Assembly (NCBI GenBank): GCA_965279035.1
Contig: OZ257142.1
Location: 4,032,001 to 4,096,000 of the forward strand
Reading direction: 5' to 3'
From: Bacteroidia bacterium
Lineage (GTDB): Bacteria; Bacteroidota; Bacteroidia; M30B66
Length of the DNA stretch: 64,000 bases
Shown: positions 1 to 10,011 of the stretch, in pieces
How the letters are laid out: every line of letters begins with the position of its first letter
How positions within the stretch are numbered: the stretch's first letter is position 1
The notes under the pieces: model-generated
The model's input: only the letters and a program-made list of their open reading frames with translations
Databases searched by the model: none
Told to the model about the DNA's origin: nothing
Position numbers and translations under genes: made by a program

Positions 1-3000
1 TGTGCTGGACAACCAACAACTGTAACTTATTCAGGAAGTGCAAATAGTAGCGCTACCTATAACTGGGATTTTGGAACCGCAACGGTTATTTCAGGTACTG
101 GACAAGGGCCTTATACTGTTTCTTGGCCTAATGCTGGAACCTACACAGTTTCATTGACAGTAACACGAAACGGCTGTACGTCTGCACCTTATACTCAACC
201 AGTAGTAGTGAATGCCATTCCGGCTGCCCCTTTTACTGTTGAATCGCCGGTATGTGTGGGCGAAGGCTCTACAATAGCCTATACAGGTTCACTTGGACAA
301 GGAACAACCTTTACTTGGGATTTCAGCAATGGACAAATATTGAGTGGCCTTGGTGCTGGTCCTTATGAAGTGTATTGGACAGTTCCAGGAACAAAACCAA
401 TCACCTTAAGCGTTACATCACCTCAAGGTTGTCCTTCTCAACCGCTAGTTATTCCTGTCGTTGTAAATCCAACGCCAAGCTCTGTTTTCACTGCCGAAAC
501 GCCCATTTGTTTAAACGAAAGTTCAACCATTGTGTACACAGGTTCGGGAAATCCGGGAGCACAATACACCTGGAATTTCAATGGAGGAAGTGTGCTTTCA
601 GGCGGTGGACAAGGTCCTTACGAAATTCAATGGGGAACACCTGGAATTAAAACCATTACCGTTGCAGTTCAAGAAAATGGATGCGTATCTCCTCCAACAA
701 CGCAACAAGTAAACGTTCTTCCTCTTCCTACAGGATATTTCACAGCAGCATCGCCTGTTTGTGCAATGAGTACAACGAATATTGTGTATTCTGGAAATGC
801 ATCTCCCGGATCATTCTTTAATTGGGATTTTGATAATGGAGTAATCGTTTCAGGAAGCGGTCCCGGCCCTATTCAAGTGTATTGGGATACGCCTGGACCA
901 AAAACCGTTCGACTTACCGTTCAGGAAAATGGCTGTACTTCGTATGAAGAAAGCAATATCGTGATGGTAAATCCCATTCCTACGAATAGCTTTTCAGCAA
1001 CATCGCCGGTGTGTATAGGTGAACCATCTATCGTTTCATATACAGGCAATGCACTTTCGAATGCCAATTTTGTTTGGGATTTTGGAGATGGAACCGTTCA
1101 ATCGGGCGCTGGTAATGGACCGTTCGAGATCACTTGGACAAGTGCAGGAATGCATGATATCACACTGAATTTAAGTCAGTTTGGCTGTCCTGCTCCGGAA
1201 GTTACCAATCAAGTTCAAGTAAATCCACTTCCAAATTCTCCTTTTGTTGTGGATGATCAAGTGTGTGTTGGATCAACTTCAACCATTACATATACTGGAA
1301 CTGCTTCTACACTAGGAAACTACAATTGGAGTTTTGATGGTGGAATCATACTTTCCGGCTCCGGACAAGGTCCTTTCGAAGTGTATTGGAATACGCCCGG
1401 AGTGAAACATATTTCGTTGAGTGTGGTCGATAATGGATGTCCATCGCCTTCAACTCCAGCTATTGTCAATGTGATTCCATATCCAACTTCCGACTTCACC
1501 GCGAATCCGCTTACTTGTCAAGGATATGCGACTGTTGTAACTTTCACAGGAATTGCTTTGCCAGATGCCAATTTCAATTGGGATTTTAACGGAGGAACCA
1601 TTATCAGTGGCTCAGGTGCTGGTCCATATCAAATAACTTGGTCAACAACGGGCGATAAAACCATTACGCTTACTGTCAATCAACGTGGATGCGAATCCGA
1701 CCCAAGTGAAGTAATCTTAAACGTTGCTCCTACTCCAACTGCCGATGCTGGGAACGATTTGATACTTTGTCCGGGTGATACTTCTCAGATTGGAATTCTT
1801 CCAGTGAATGGGTACGCGTATTCTTGGTCACCTGCAACAGGATTAGATAATCCAAGTTCTGGAAATCCCTCGGTAGTTCTCGAAAATTTTAGCAATGTGA
1901 TGCAAGCCAATCAATACATTCTAACGACAACGTTGGGCAATTGTGTCGATTTAGATACGGTGATGGTGCTTGTTCGACCTTTGCCTCAAATTTACTGGCA
2001 ATCGCCCGATGGACAATGTATTCAGGATAATAGCTTTGACTTCAACTTGGCTGGAAATTTCACTTCTTCAGCCAATTTCACCTGGAATTTTGGACAGTTT
2101 GCGAATCCTACAACATCCAACCTAACCAATCCACAAGACATTAGTTTCTTAACATCTGGAGTACATGTCATTACCGTTTCGATGAGCGATTGGGGATGTA
2201 ATAGTCCAGTTTATACCGATTCCATTGAGATATACGCCATGCCAGTTGCCAATTTTACTGGAACTAATTTGGAAGGTTGTCCTCCTTTAAGCGCTACATT
2301 CACAAACCTTTCCTCCGATTTTGGGAATCCAACATACACCTGGAATATGGGTGATGGTTTTGAGTTGAATGGATTTACTCCTAATCATTCCTACGAAACA
2401 TCGGGAGCTTATACTGTGAATCTTACCGTTGTAACTGAGAATGGCTGCTCGAGTGAATATTCAGTGCAGTCGATGATTAATGTGTATCCTGAACCGCATG
2501 CCGGTTTCCGTGTAAATCCTGAAATTTTATCTACCGAACATCCCTTGGCGAATATCATCGATGAATCTTCAGGAGCGATAAGTTGGACGTATACAACGGG
2601 TGATGGAGAAACGATGTATGATCGAAATTTCAGTCATAACTACTATACGCCTGGTGATTATACCTTATCACAACGAGTTATCAACCAATGGGGATGCGAA
2701 GATGTGGCAGTTTATCAATTGAAAGTGGAGCCAATCATGACCTTCTATATTCCCAATGCATTTACACCGGATGCAAATGGTACGAATGAGGTTTTCAAAT
2801 GCTACGGTTTAAATATCGAGGATTTCAGAATGGAAATTTACACCCGCTGGGGAGAACTTGTATTCGAATCGAATGATATTGATGTTGGTTGGAATGGAAA
2901 GAAATTCAATGAAAAGGAACGCGAAGTATCGCAAATGGATGTGTATGCCGTTGTTGTTTATGTTCGCGACAACAAAGATTTACCTCCACGAAGAATCGAT

Positions 3001-3024
3001 GCTCGAGTTACTTTAGTGAGATAA
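1..3024 (+). CDS. Large PKD/Ig-repeat surface protein with T9SS type-B (gliding motility-associated, CHU_C) C-terminal domain; 5'-truncated by window edge
   Basis: Frame is open from base 1 (CAGQPTTVTYSG...). Seven ~84-aa repeats (SPVC..TIxYTG..FxWDF.GG..SG.G.GPY...W.TPG.KTITLTV.ENGC), PKD domains, and C-terminal FYIPNAFTPDANGTNE..IYTRWGE..GWNG..VTLVR. Confidence 0.9.
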   Translation, partial: CAGQPTTVTYSGSANSSATYNWDFGTATVISGTGQGPYTVSWPNAGTYTVSLTVTRNGCTSAPYTQPVVVNAIPAAPFTVESPVCVGEGSTIAYTGSLGQGTTFTWDFSNGQILSGLGAGPYEVYWTVPGTKPITLSVTSPQGCPSQPLVIPVVVNPTPSSVFTAETPICLNESSTIVYTGSGNPGAQYTWNFNGGSVLSGGGQGPYEIQWGTPGIKTITVAVQENGCVSPPTTQQVNVLPLPTGYFTAASPVCAMSTTNIVYSGNASPGSFFNWDFDNGVIVSGSGPGPIQVYWDTPGPKTVRLTVQENGCTSYEESNIVMVNPIPTNSFSATSPVCIGEPSIVSYTGNALSNANFVWDFGDGTVQSGAGNGPFEITWTSAGMHDITLNLSQFGCPAPEVTNQVQVNPLPNSPFVVDDQVCVGSTSTITYTGTASTLGNYNWSFDGGIILSGSGQGPFEVYWNTPGVKHISLSVVDNGCPSPSTPAIVNVIPYPTSDFTANPLTCQGYATVVTFTGIALPDANFNWDFNGGTIISGSGAGPYQITWSTTGDKTITLTVNQRGCESDPSEVILNVAPTPTADAGNDLILCPGDTSQIGILPVNGYAYSWSPATGLDNPSSGNPSVVLENFSNVMQANQYILTTTLGNCVDLDTVMVLVRPLPQIYWQSPDGQCIQDNSFDFNLAGNFTSSANFTWNFGQFANPTTSNLTNPQDISFLTSGVHVITVSMSDWGCNSPVYTDSIEIYAMPVANFTGTNLEGCPPLSATFTNLSSDFGNPTYTWNMGDGFELNGFTPNHSYETSGAYTVNLTVVTENGCSSEYSVQSMINVYPEPHAGFRVNPEILSTEHPLANIIDESSGAISWTYTTGDGETMYDRNFSHNYYTPGDYTLSQRVINQWGCEDVAVYQLKVEPIMTFYIPNAFTPDANGTNEVFKCYGLNIEDFRMEIYTRWGELVFESNDIDVGWNGKKFNEKEREVSQMDVYAVVVYVRDNKDLPPRRIDARVTLVR

Positions 3025-3640
3025 CTTTCAAGTCTTTAACAAAGACGAGATAACAATTCTCATCTGGTCGGATTTGAGCAAGTTCGAACTCCCAAACTTC
3101 ATTTTCCAAGAGTAATTTTCCGTTAAATGAATGTGCATTTTTCGGATTGATGGAAGATATGATGAGTTGTGTTGAAAAAATAAGATTTTTCTTCCCATAA
3201 GCCTTATACATGGCTTCTTTCGCTCCCCAAAAATTTTGTAATAAGTCTTGTTTTTCGGTAGAATTATGGAGCATTTCCAATTCGCTAGAATGAAGAATAC
3301 GATTGGCTACTTGGTTTAATTGAGGACGAATTTCTTCCACATCAATTCCTTGATTCGTATGGGGATGAAAGGAAAAAGCAACATGGCTTCTGGAATGACT
3401 TAAGGAAATATGTCCTTTTCCATCTGAGGGCCAGGGCTTTCCATATTCATCACTCTTCCATTCAAACTGATTTCCCAAAACACGTTTAACGAGTCGAGTT
3501 AAGTCGGCTTTATCTTGGTGTTTTCGTGTAGCTACACTTATTTTTTCTTCAATAGGACTTACACATTCATAAGCAACAATTCCTTGTCCATCAGCATTTT
3601 CAAATACAAAAAAACCATCTTGCTCATCGAATTGAATCAT
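3008..3640 (-). CDS. 4'-phosphopantetheinyl transferase superfamily protein
   Basis: GKP, ISLSHS, GIDVEE and FWGAKEAMYKA motifs. Confidence 0.85.
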   Translation of the reverse strand: MIQFDEQDGFFVFENADGQGIVAYECVSPIEEKISVATRKHQDKADLTRLVKRVLGNQFEWKSDEYGKPWPSDGKGHISLSHSRSHVAFSFHPHTNQGIDVEEIRPQLNQVANRILHSSELEMLHNSTEKQDLLQNFWGAKEAMYKAYGKKNLIFSTQLIISSINPKNAHSFNGKLLLENEVWEFELAQIRPDENCYLVFVKDLKVISLK

Positions 3641-3686
3641 CCTCTTTTTTTATTGCTATAGCTATTAAAGCTGTAAAATTAATGCT

Positions 3687-3694
3687 TACTTTTG
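3687..3694 (+). promoter_or_regulatory. Bacteroidota sigma70 -7 box (TACTTTTG)
   Basis: Matches TAnnTTTG; implies the true start is ATG 3715 rather than 3682. Confidence 0.55.
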
Positions 3695-3714
3695 AAGGAC
3701 TGCCAATTCTGCCT

Positions 3715-6700
3715 ATGAAACTACCGCTACACTCAACCGGCAAACATCTATTTATCCTGCTTTTACTCACTATTGGCTTCTCTATGAAAGGGAAGGCTCA
3801 ATATGCAGTTGATACAACCTTAACTCCAGTTCAATACATCAATAACCTTGTAGGCTTAGGTGTTTCTTTTGGAAACATACAGTACCAAGGAGATGGGCAG
3901 GCTATTGGTTCTTTTACAGGAGCGAATGGTTCTTTAGGTTTCAGTAGCGGAGTTATTCTTTCCACTGGATTAGCTGCGAGTTCAGATGATGTTTCATCTA
4001 GTTTTGCAGGAGGCTTTAACACATATGGCTTAACGAATATTCCTGAATTAGCACCCAATGTTCCAGGTTGCTTAGGTGTTACGAATGATGGTTTGATTCT
4101 TCAATTCGATTTTGTACCTCAATCGACACCGGTTTCATTTCGATACATATTTGCCTCAGAAGAATATGCTGATTTTGTATGTTCTCAATTTAATGATGCT
4201 TTTGCATTTCTAATTTCTGGTCCTGGTATCGTTGGAGAACAAAACTTAGCTTTAGTTCCCGGATCAGGAGATCCAATTACAATTAACACAATCAACAATG
4301 GTACAGTTGGTACATTTGGAAGTATCACCAATGATCCATGTATCACAACAAATTCTCAATACTATAATTCAAGTCCACCAAATAATATTGTTTATGATGG
4401 ATATACGGATGTAATGACTGCTGTAGCAGATGTTATTCCTTGCCAAACATACACCTTACGATTAATCCTTGCTGATGGATGTGATAGTGGTTATGATTCT
4501 GCTGTATTCCTTGAAGCCAATAGTTTTGGTGCTGCACCAGTAGCCATTTCACAAACAACTTTAAATGGCGATTCAACTACGTTCGAAGGATGCGCACCTG
4601 CAACATTGATTTTCTCTCGTCAAAATGCAGATCCATTTGATTATGTTTTCCCATTCACTTTAACCGGAACTGCAACCAGTGGTGTTGACTACAATCCAGT
4701 TCCATCATCAATCACAATTCCTGCTGGTCAAACTTCTGTTCAACTTGCTATTACCGCAATTGAAGACGGTATTGTTGAAGGAACAGAGACAATCGAATTG
4801 AATTACCAAACTATTTGTGGTACAATTTCTACCATCGTTTACATCACCGAAAAACCGGCAGTTGTTGTTACTCCCGATCCGGCTCCTTCCCTATGCGGTG
4901 GTCAAGGTCCTGTAACTGTTTCGGGTTCTGCAACAGGTGGCGTTCCTCCATTCACCTATTCATGGTCGGGTGGTTTAGGTACAGGTACTTCTATCAGCGT
5001 TAATCCTTTAGCAACAACAACTTACACCCTTACAGCCACCGATTTTTGCGGAACATCTTCATCCGTTGCTATTACTGTTCCTGTAGGAACAACTCCAATT
5101 GTTCCTGTTATTGGACTACCTGTAAACGCCATTTGTGAAGGTGAGCAACTCTTACTGAATGCATCAACGACAACGGCTGGTGCTACCTTAGTTTGGACTG
5201 GTCCAAATAGCTATTATGCTCAAACCACAACTGTCAATATCCCCAACACAACGATTGCAAACTCAGGCCAATATCAAGTGTATGCAACACTCAATGGATG
5301 TGATAGTCAACCAGCATTGATTGATGCACTTGTAAAACCTAGACCTACTGTTCCAGTGCTTGGTTCAAATTCACCAGCATGCGAAGGAAATGCGTTAAAC
5401 CTAACGGCAAATGTAGTTCCTGCAAATTCGGTTGTTACTTGGACAGGTCCGAATTCTTTTGCAGCAGTTGGATCAGCACCTTCAATAGCACAATCAACTA
5501 TGGCAGATGGTGGATTGTACGCAGCAACAGCCGAACTCAATGGTTGTGTTGCTACAGCTGGAAGTGCCATTCAAGTAGTTGTAAACGACACTCCCGATGC
5601 TCCTCCTGCTTCATCTAATTCTCCTGTTTGTGCAGGATTTTCATTGGATTTAACTACTACTTCTGTTGCTGATTCTTATTTATGGTCTGGACCACAAGCT
5701 TGGAGTGCAGTTACACAATCGGCCTCTCGTCCTACTATGACAGCTGTGAATGCCGGTATTTATGCTTTGTCTATCACAATTAACAATTGTACAAGTCCGC
5801 CAACTCCTCTTCAAGTGGATGTGATTGATGCTAGTTTTATTCCTGCAATAACAACTAATTCTCCTGTATGCGAAGGCAGTAATTTGGATTTTAGCACTCC
5901 AGCAGTGAACAATGCAAATTATTTCTGGTCGGGACCAAATGGCTTTAGTGCAAATAATAGAAGCAATCAAATACCAGTAACAGTAGAAGCTAACGAAGGG
6001 CTTTATTCAGTTTACTTAGTTATTGGAGCTTGTACAACAGCAACCAACCAAAGCAATATAATCATCAATCCTATTCCTGTTGCTGATGCTGGACTACCTA
6101 TTCAAATTTGCTCTATGCAACCCGGTCAACTTGGAGCCGCTCCAGTTGCAGGTTACAGCTATTCTTGGAGCCCAGTTGAAGGTTTAAACTTTAGCACTAT
6201 TTCTAACCCAACTCTTCAACTTGGAAGTATTGGTGGACCTATTCAACAACATACATTCACTTTGACAGTTACTGCCGATGGTTGTCAAAACCAAAGTACA
6301 GTTGATGCTGAAATTATACCTCAACCTGTTGCTTCATTTGTTGCTCCCAATCCTACTTGTTTCGAAAATAACTCTTTCGATTTTCAAGCCGACGGCATAT
6401 TCAATTCTACAGATCCTCGTTATGTTTGGGATTTTGGTCCTTGGGCAACACCCGATTCATCGTTAGAAAGAAGTCCGCAGGATGTTCATTTTGAAGCTAC
6501 AGGAATCCATTTAGTTCGACTAGTTGTAATTGATTTAGGATGTCCAAGTAATACGTACATCGCACCAGTCAATGTGTTGAAAATGCCAGTGGCAAACTTT
6601 GCTAGCGATAAAATTGAAACATGTAGTCCTAGTCTCGTTCAATTTGAAAATCTATCCGAAAACGAAGGAGATCCTTTTACTAATCAGTGGTTGTTTGGTA

Positions 6701-7362
6701 ATGGAAATAATTCAATTGAAGAAAGCCCAACTGTACTTTATAGCACTAGTGGAAATTATCAGGTTTCACTTCAAGTTACTGGTATAAATGGATGTAGTAA
6801 TACGTATACTATTTCATCTGCAGTTCAAGTTCATCCTTCACCAACATCACAATTCAATGTGAGCCCAACTGTAACTACGATTTTTGATCCTGAAGTTGAA
6901 ATCTCCGACCTTTCAACTATGGCAACAGAATGTATGTATTTGATGGGAAATGGAGATACAATCGCTGAGTTCAACACACATTATACATATGCAGATACAG
7001 GCTCTTATGTAATTACTCAAGTGCTAAATAATGAATTTGGTTGTACCGATACTTCTCAAATGAATGTACGAATCGATTTAGGATTTAAAGTATTTATCCC
7101 AACTGCTTTTACTCCTAACGATGATGGGAAAAATGATCGATTCAGAGTTTATGGTGAAGATGTACGCGATTTCTCCATCAATATATTTAACCGTTGGGGA
7201 CAAATGATTTATTCTTCCTATGACATTGAAAATGGCTGGGATGGAAGAACCTTACTTAACAATACGATTGTCCCAGGTGGTTTGTATATCTATGCAATTA
7301 AAGTGAAGGATCGCTACGGTTTAGATTATACCTACAAAGGAGAAGTAACCGTATTACGTTAA
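3715..7362 (+). CDS. Choice-of-anchor L / Calx-beta-like / Ig / PKD surface protein with T9SS type-B CTD
   Basis: Signal peptide; GVILSTG, FDFVP, YIFASEEY, FNDAFAFLISGPG, YDSAVFL motifs; TLTGTATSGVDY..DGIVEGTE; C-terminal FIPTAFTPNDDGKND..IFNRWGQ..GWDG. ORF track starts at 3682. Confidence 0.88.
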   Translation: MKLPLHSTGKHLFILLLLTIGFSMKGKAQYAVDTTLTPVQYINNLVGLGVSFGNIQYQGDGQAIGSFTGANGSLGFSSGVILSTGLAASSDDVSSSFAGGFNTYGLTNIPELAPNVPGCLGVTNDGLILQFDFVPQSTPVSFRYIFASEEYADFVCSQFNDAFAFLISGPGIVGEQNLALVPGSGDPITINTINNGTVGTFGSITNDPCITTNSQYYNSSPPNNIVYDGYTDVMTAVADVIPCQTYTLRLILADGCDSGYDSAVFLEANSFGAAPVAISQTTLNGDSTTFEGCAPATLIFSRQNADPFDYVFPFTLTGTATSGVDYNPVPSSITIPAGQTSVQLAITAIEDGIVEGTETIELNYQTICGTISTIVYITEKPAVVVTPDPAPSLCGGQGPVTVSGSATGGVPPFTYSWSGGLGTGTSISVNPLATTTYTLTATDFCGTSSSVAITVPVGTTPIVPVIGLPVNAICEGEQLLLNASTTTAGATLVWTGPNSYYAQTTTVNIPNTTIANSGQYQVYATLNGCDSQPALIDALVKPRPTVPVLGSNSPACEGNALNLTANVVPANSVVTWTGPNSFAAVGSAPSIAQSTMADGGLYAATAELNGCVATAGSAIQVVVNDTPDAPPASSNSPVCAGFSLDLTTTSVADSYLWSGPQAWSAVTQSASRPTMTAVNAGIYALSITINNCTSPPTPLQVDVIDASFIPAITTNSPVCEGSNLDFSTPAVNNANYFWSGPNGFSANNRSNQIPVTVEANEGLYSVYLVIGACTTATNQSNIIINPIPVADAGLPIQICSMQPGQLGAAPVAGYSYSWSPVEGLNFSTISNPTLQLGSIGGPIQQHTFTLTVTADGCQNQSTVDAEIIPQPVASFVAPNPTCFENNSFDFQADGIFNSTDPRYVWDFGPWATPDSSLERSPQDVHFEATGIHLVRLVVIDLGCPSNTYIAPVNVLKMPVANFASDKIETCSPSLVQFENLSENEGDPFTNQWLFGNGNNSIEESPTVLYSTSGNYQVSLQVTGINGCSNTYTISSAVQVHPSPTSQFNVSPTVTTIFDPEVEISDLSTMATECMYLMGNGDTIAEFNTHYTYADTGSYVITQVLNNEFGCTDTSQMNVRIDLGFKVFIPTAFTPNDDGKNDRFRVYGEDVRDFSINIFNRWGQMIYSSYDIENGWDGRTLLNNTIVPGGLYIYAIKVKDRYGLDYTYKGEVTVLR

Positions 7363-8162
7363 TCTGTTTCTTCTAGATCATCATAAAATCCATCATTACT
7401 CTGAATCGGAGGAATGATGGATGCTTCTCTGAGAAATGCTTTTAAATCTTTCACTGTTTCTTCTTCTTTGAGGAAAAAGTGGGCAGATACAATTCCATCA
7501 ATACCCGTTTCAGTAAATAATTCAGCGAAATCTTCTTTCTTCTGTACTCCTACAGAAGCTAAAACAGGTACTCTTGAACCTGCTGTTACCGATTTCAAAA
7601 CTGCATTAATAATAGTATGATCAGTATATCCTCGAGCTACGGTAGAAATTAATAATTCTCCTGCTCCACGTAATTGACACATCTCAATCCAATTCAATAA
7701 GTCAATTTCGGTTCTTGATTTTCCTCCGTTTAAGTATACTTTCCAATGACCAAAAGTCAATCGTGTATCAATTGCTACAAGCAAAGAATTGCTTCCATGC
7801 GTTTTGGTTATTTTATTAATTAATTCTGGATTACGAACTGCTGCCGAATTAACATAAATCCGTTGAATGCCTGTCTTAAGCATGTCTTCAACATCGTTAA
7901 TTGTATGAACTCCACCTCCAAAAACAAAAGGAATTTTCATTGTTTTAGAAAGATCCTTTAAAAAACGTGGGAGATTTCGACGGCGTTCAGTGACTGTTGT
8001 TACATCCATAATTACCAACTCATCAGCCCCCTCTGATTCATATTTGAGAGCAAGCTCTAATGCTTCAGTGTAGCTAAGAATATGGCTTGATTCCGTTAAA
8101 GCAAATTGTCCATCGCTGGTGTAAATGCTTGGAATAATCCGTTTTATTGAATGATCATGCAT
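7359..8162 (-). CDS. HisF-like (imidazole glycerol phosphate synthase cyclase subunit) TIM-barrel paralog with degenerate active site
   Basis: KRIIP, GADELV.MD, IPF..GGG, NSAAV.NPELI, VAID, RGAGEL motifs. The catalytic Asp11 position is Tyr and the DRDGT/SGG motifs are altered. Start at 8162 or 8204. Confidence 0.75.
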   Translation of the reverse strand: MHDHSIKRIIPSIYTSDGQFALTESSHILSYTEALELALKYESEGADELVIMDVTTVTERRRNLPRFLKDLSKTMKIPFVFGGGVHTINDVEDMLKTGIQRIYVNSAAVRNPELINKITKTHGSNSLLVAIDTRLTFGHWKVYLNGGKSRTEIDLLNWIEMCQLRGAGELLISTVARGYTDHTIINAVLKSVTAGSRVPVLASVGVQKKEDFAELFTETGIDGIVSAHFFLKEEETVKDLKAFLREASIIPPIQSNDGFYDDLEETD

Positions 8163-8265
8163 AAGCGAAGGCAAATTTAATCGAATATGCTTCGCTTGAT
8201 ACATTCGTTGATGCTCTTGTTTTGTAGACTATTATATTACTTTAGCAAAATTAACCCGATAATCT

Positions 8266-9969
8266 ATGAGCAAAACCGCTAAACATCCTACCGGACTTTA
8301 CTTCCTCTTTTTCACAGAGATGTGGGAACGATTTGGTTATTATTTAATGCTGGGGATCTTCTCCCTTTACATGCTCGATAGCGCAGCAAATGGTGGAATG
8401 GGATTTTCACCCGCACAAAAATCAGATGTTTATGGTACGTATATAGGACTCGTTTACCTAACTCCATTTCTTGGAGGATTACTTGCAGATAGGATCTTAG
8501 GTTATCGAAGATCAATTCTCATTGGAGGATTGATGATGGCTGCTGGATACATTGGCTTGGCATTACCCGGTATCACCATGTTTTATGTTTCCTTGTTATT
8601 AATCATTGTTGGAAATGGGTTCTTTAAGCCAAACATCTCCACTTTAGTAGGAAACTTATATAACAACGATCAATATCGAATAAATAAAGATGCTGGGTTC
8701 AACATCTTTTATATGGGTATTAACGTTGGAGCATTTATCTGCAATTTCGTAGCTGCTTTTATGCGAATCAATTACGGTTGGGGCTATGCATTTGCTGCAG
8801 CCGGTGTTGGAATGCTCATCGGTTTGGTCATTTTCTTTTCTGGAACAAAGCACATCAAAGAAGCCGATGTTATTAAACCTCTTCATGAAGGAGATTTATC
8901 AACTGGTAAAATCTTAGCTACCGTTCTATTACCCATGTTCATCTTTGGTGTATTAGGCTACTTAATTCCAGGTAATATTTTTGGAACCGACACAAACGAT
9001 GCATTCCTGTTTGGTTGTCTACCTGTAATTTCATTCTTCATTTACTTGTTTGTCAAAGCCAATAAAGATGACAAAGGACCAATAGGAGCCTTACTTGCCG
9101 TTTATGCATGTATCGTAATTTTCTGGGCAGTATTTCACCAAAATGGAGATGCACTAACTGTTTGGGCTGAACAATACACAAATCGCGAAATGCCTGCTTC
9201 TGTTGGAACAGCTGCCGATAAAGTTGGAATGGCTCAGCTTGTTGTTCACTCCGATGCCGTTGATTTTGAAGAAGCGCGTTTCAAAACTTATATCGATAGT
9301 TTAGTTGTTCAAAAAGATTCACTCTCCAAATTAAAAGACATGGCTGGAGTGAAGAAAGTTGCTGAAACTATTGCTCTGGAAGAACATTCACGTAAGTATT
9401 TTGCAAACCTTCCTGTTTCACAAATACCACCAAACGGACAAAACCTAAAACTCTTTTCAGCAGAACTTTACCAATCTATCAACCCCTTTTGGGTGGTGTT
9501 ATTAACTCCTATTGTAGTTGGTTTTTGGGGATTATTAAGAAACAAGAAACGAGAACCATCTACTCCAACAAAAATTGCAATCGGACTTGTAATAACAGCA
9601 CTTTCAGCACTTGTTATGGTTGCTGCTGTTAAAACAACCGATATCGGAGCTGATAAAGCATCTAGTTTTTGGTTAATCGCAACGTATGGAGTTATCACTA
9701 TTGGTGAACTTTGTTTATCACCTATGGGACTTTCCCTTGTGTCGAAACTTTCTCCTCCGAGAATCACGGCACTCATGATGGGAGGATTTTTCCTTTCTAC
9801 TTCAGTCGGAAATAAACTTTCGGGTGTGATGTCGGGATTATGGGAGAAGTATGATGATAAATCCAACTTCTTCTTAACCAATTTCTTCTTAGTAATGTGT
9901 GCTGCCGTTGTGATGTTTATTTTACTTCGCTGGCTTAACCGTGTAATGCGCGAGAAGAATTTGTTTTAG
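8266..9969 (+). CDS. POT/PTR family proton-dependent oligopeptide transporter
   Basis: EMWERFGYY (ExxER), GGLLADRILG, GNGFFKPNIS, FYMGINVGA, GELCLSP. Confidence 0.93.
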   Translation: MSKTAKHPTGLYFLFFTEMWERFGYYLMLGIFSLYMLDSAANGGMGFSPAQKSDVYGTYIGLVYLTPFLGGLLADRILGYRRSILIGGLMMAAGYIGLALPGITMFYVSLLLIIVGNGFFKPNISTLVGNLYNNDQYRINKDAGFNIFYMGINVGAFICNFVAAFMRINYGWGYAFAAAGVGMLIGLVIFFSGTKHIKEADVIKPLHEGDLSTGKILATVLLPMFIFGVLGYLIPGNIFGTDTNDAFLFGCLPVISFFIYLFVKANKDDKGPIGALLAVYACIVIFWAVFHQNGDALTVWAEQYTNREMPASVGTAADKVGMAQLVVHSDAVDFEEARFKTYIDSLVVQKDSLSKLKDMAGVKKVAETIALEEHSRKYFANLPVSQIPPNGQNLKLFSAELYQSINPFWVVLLTPIVVGFWGLLRNKKREPSTPTKIAIGLVITALSALVMVAAVKTTDIGADKASSFWLIATYGVITIGELCLSPMGLSLVSKLSPPRITALMMGGFFLSTSVGNKLSGVMSGLWEKYDDKSNFFLTNFFLVMCAAVVMFILLRWLNRVMREKNLF

Positions 9970-10011
9970 TCTATTTTCATCCCAACCCAAAAAATTTAAA
10001 TTCAATAAACG

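Noticed and set aside
3008-3640. PPTase as marker of an NRPS/PKS cluster
   Set aside because: No carrier-protein, KS, A or C domains nearby; stand-alone PPTases are ordinary
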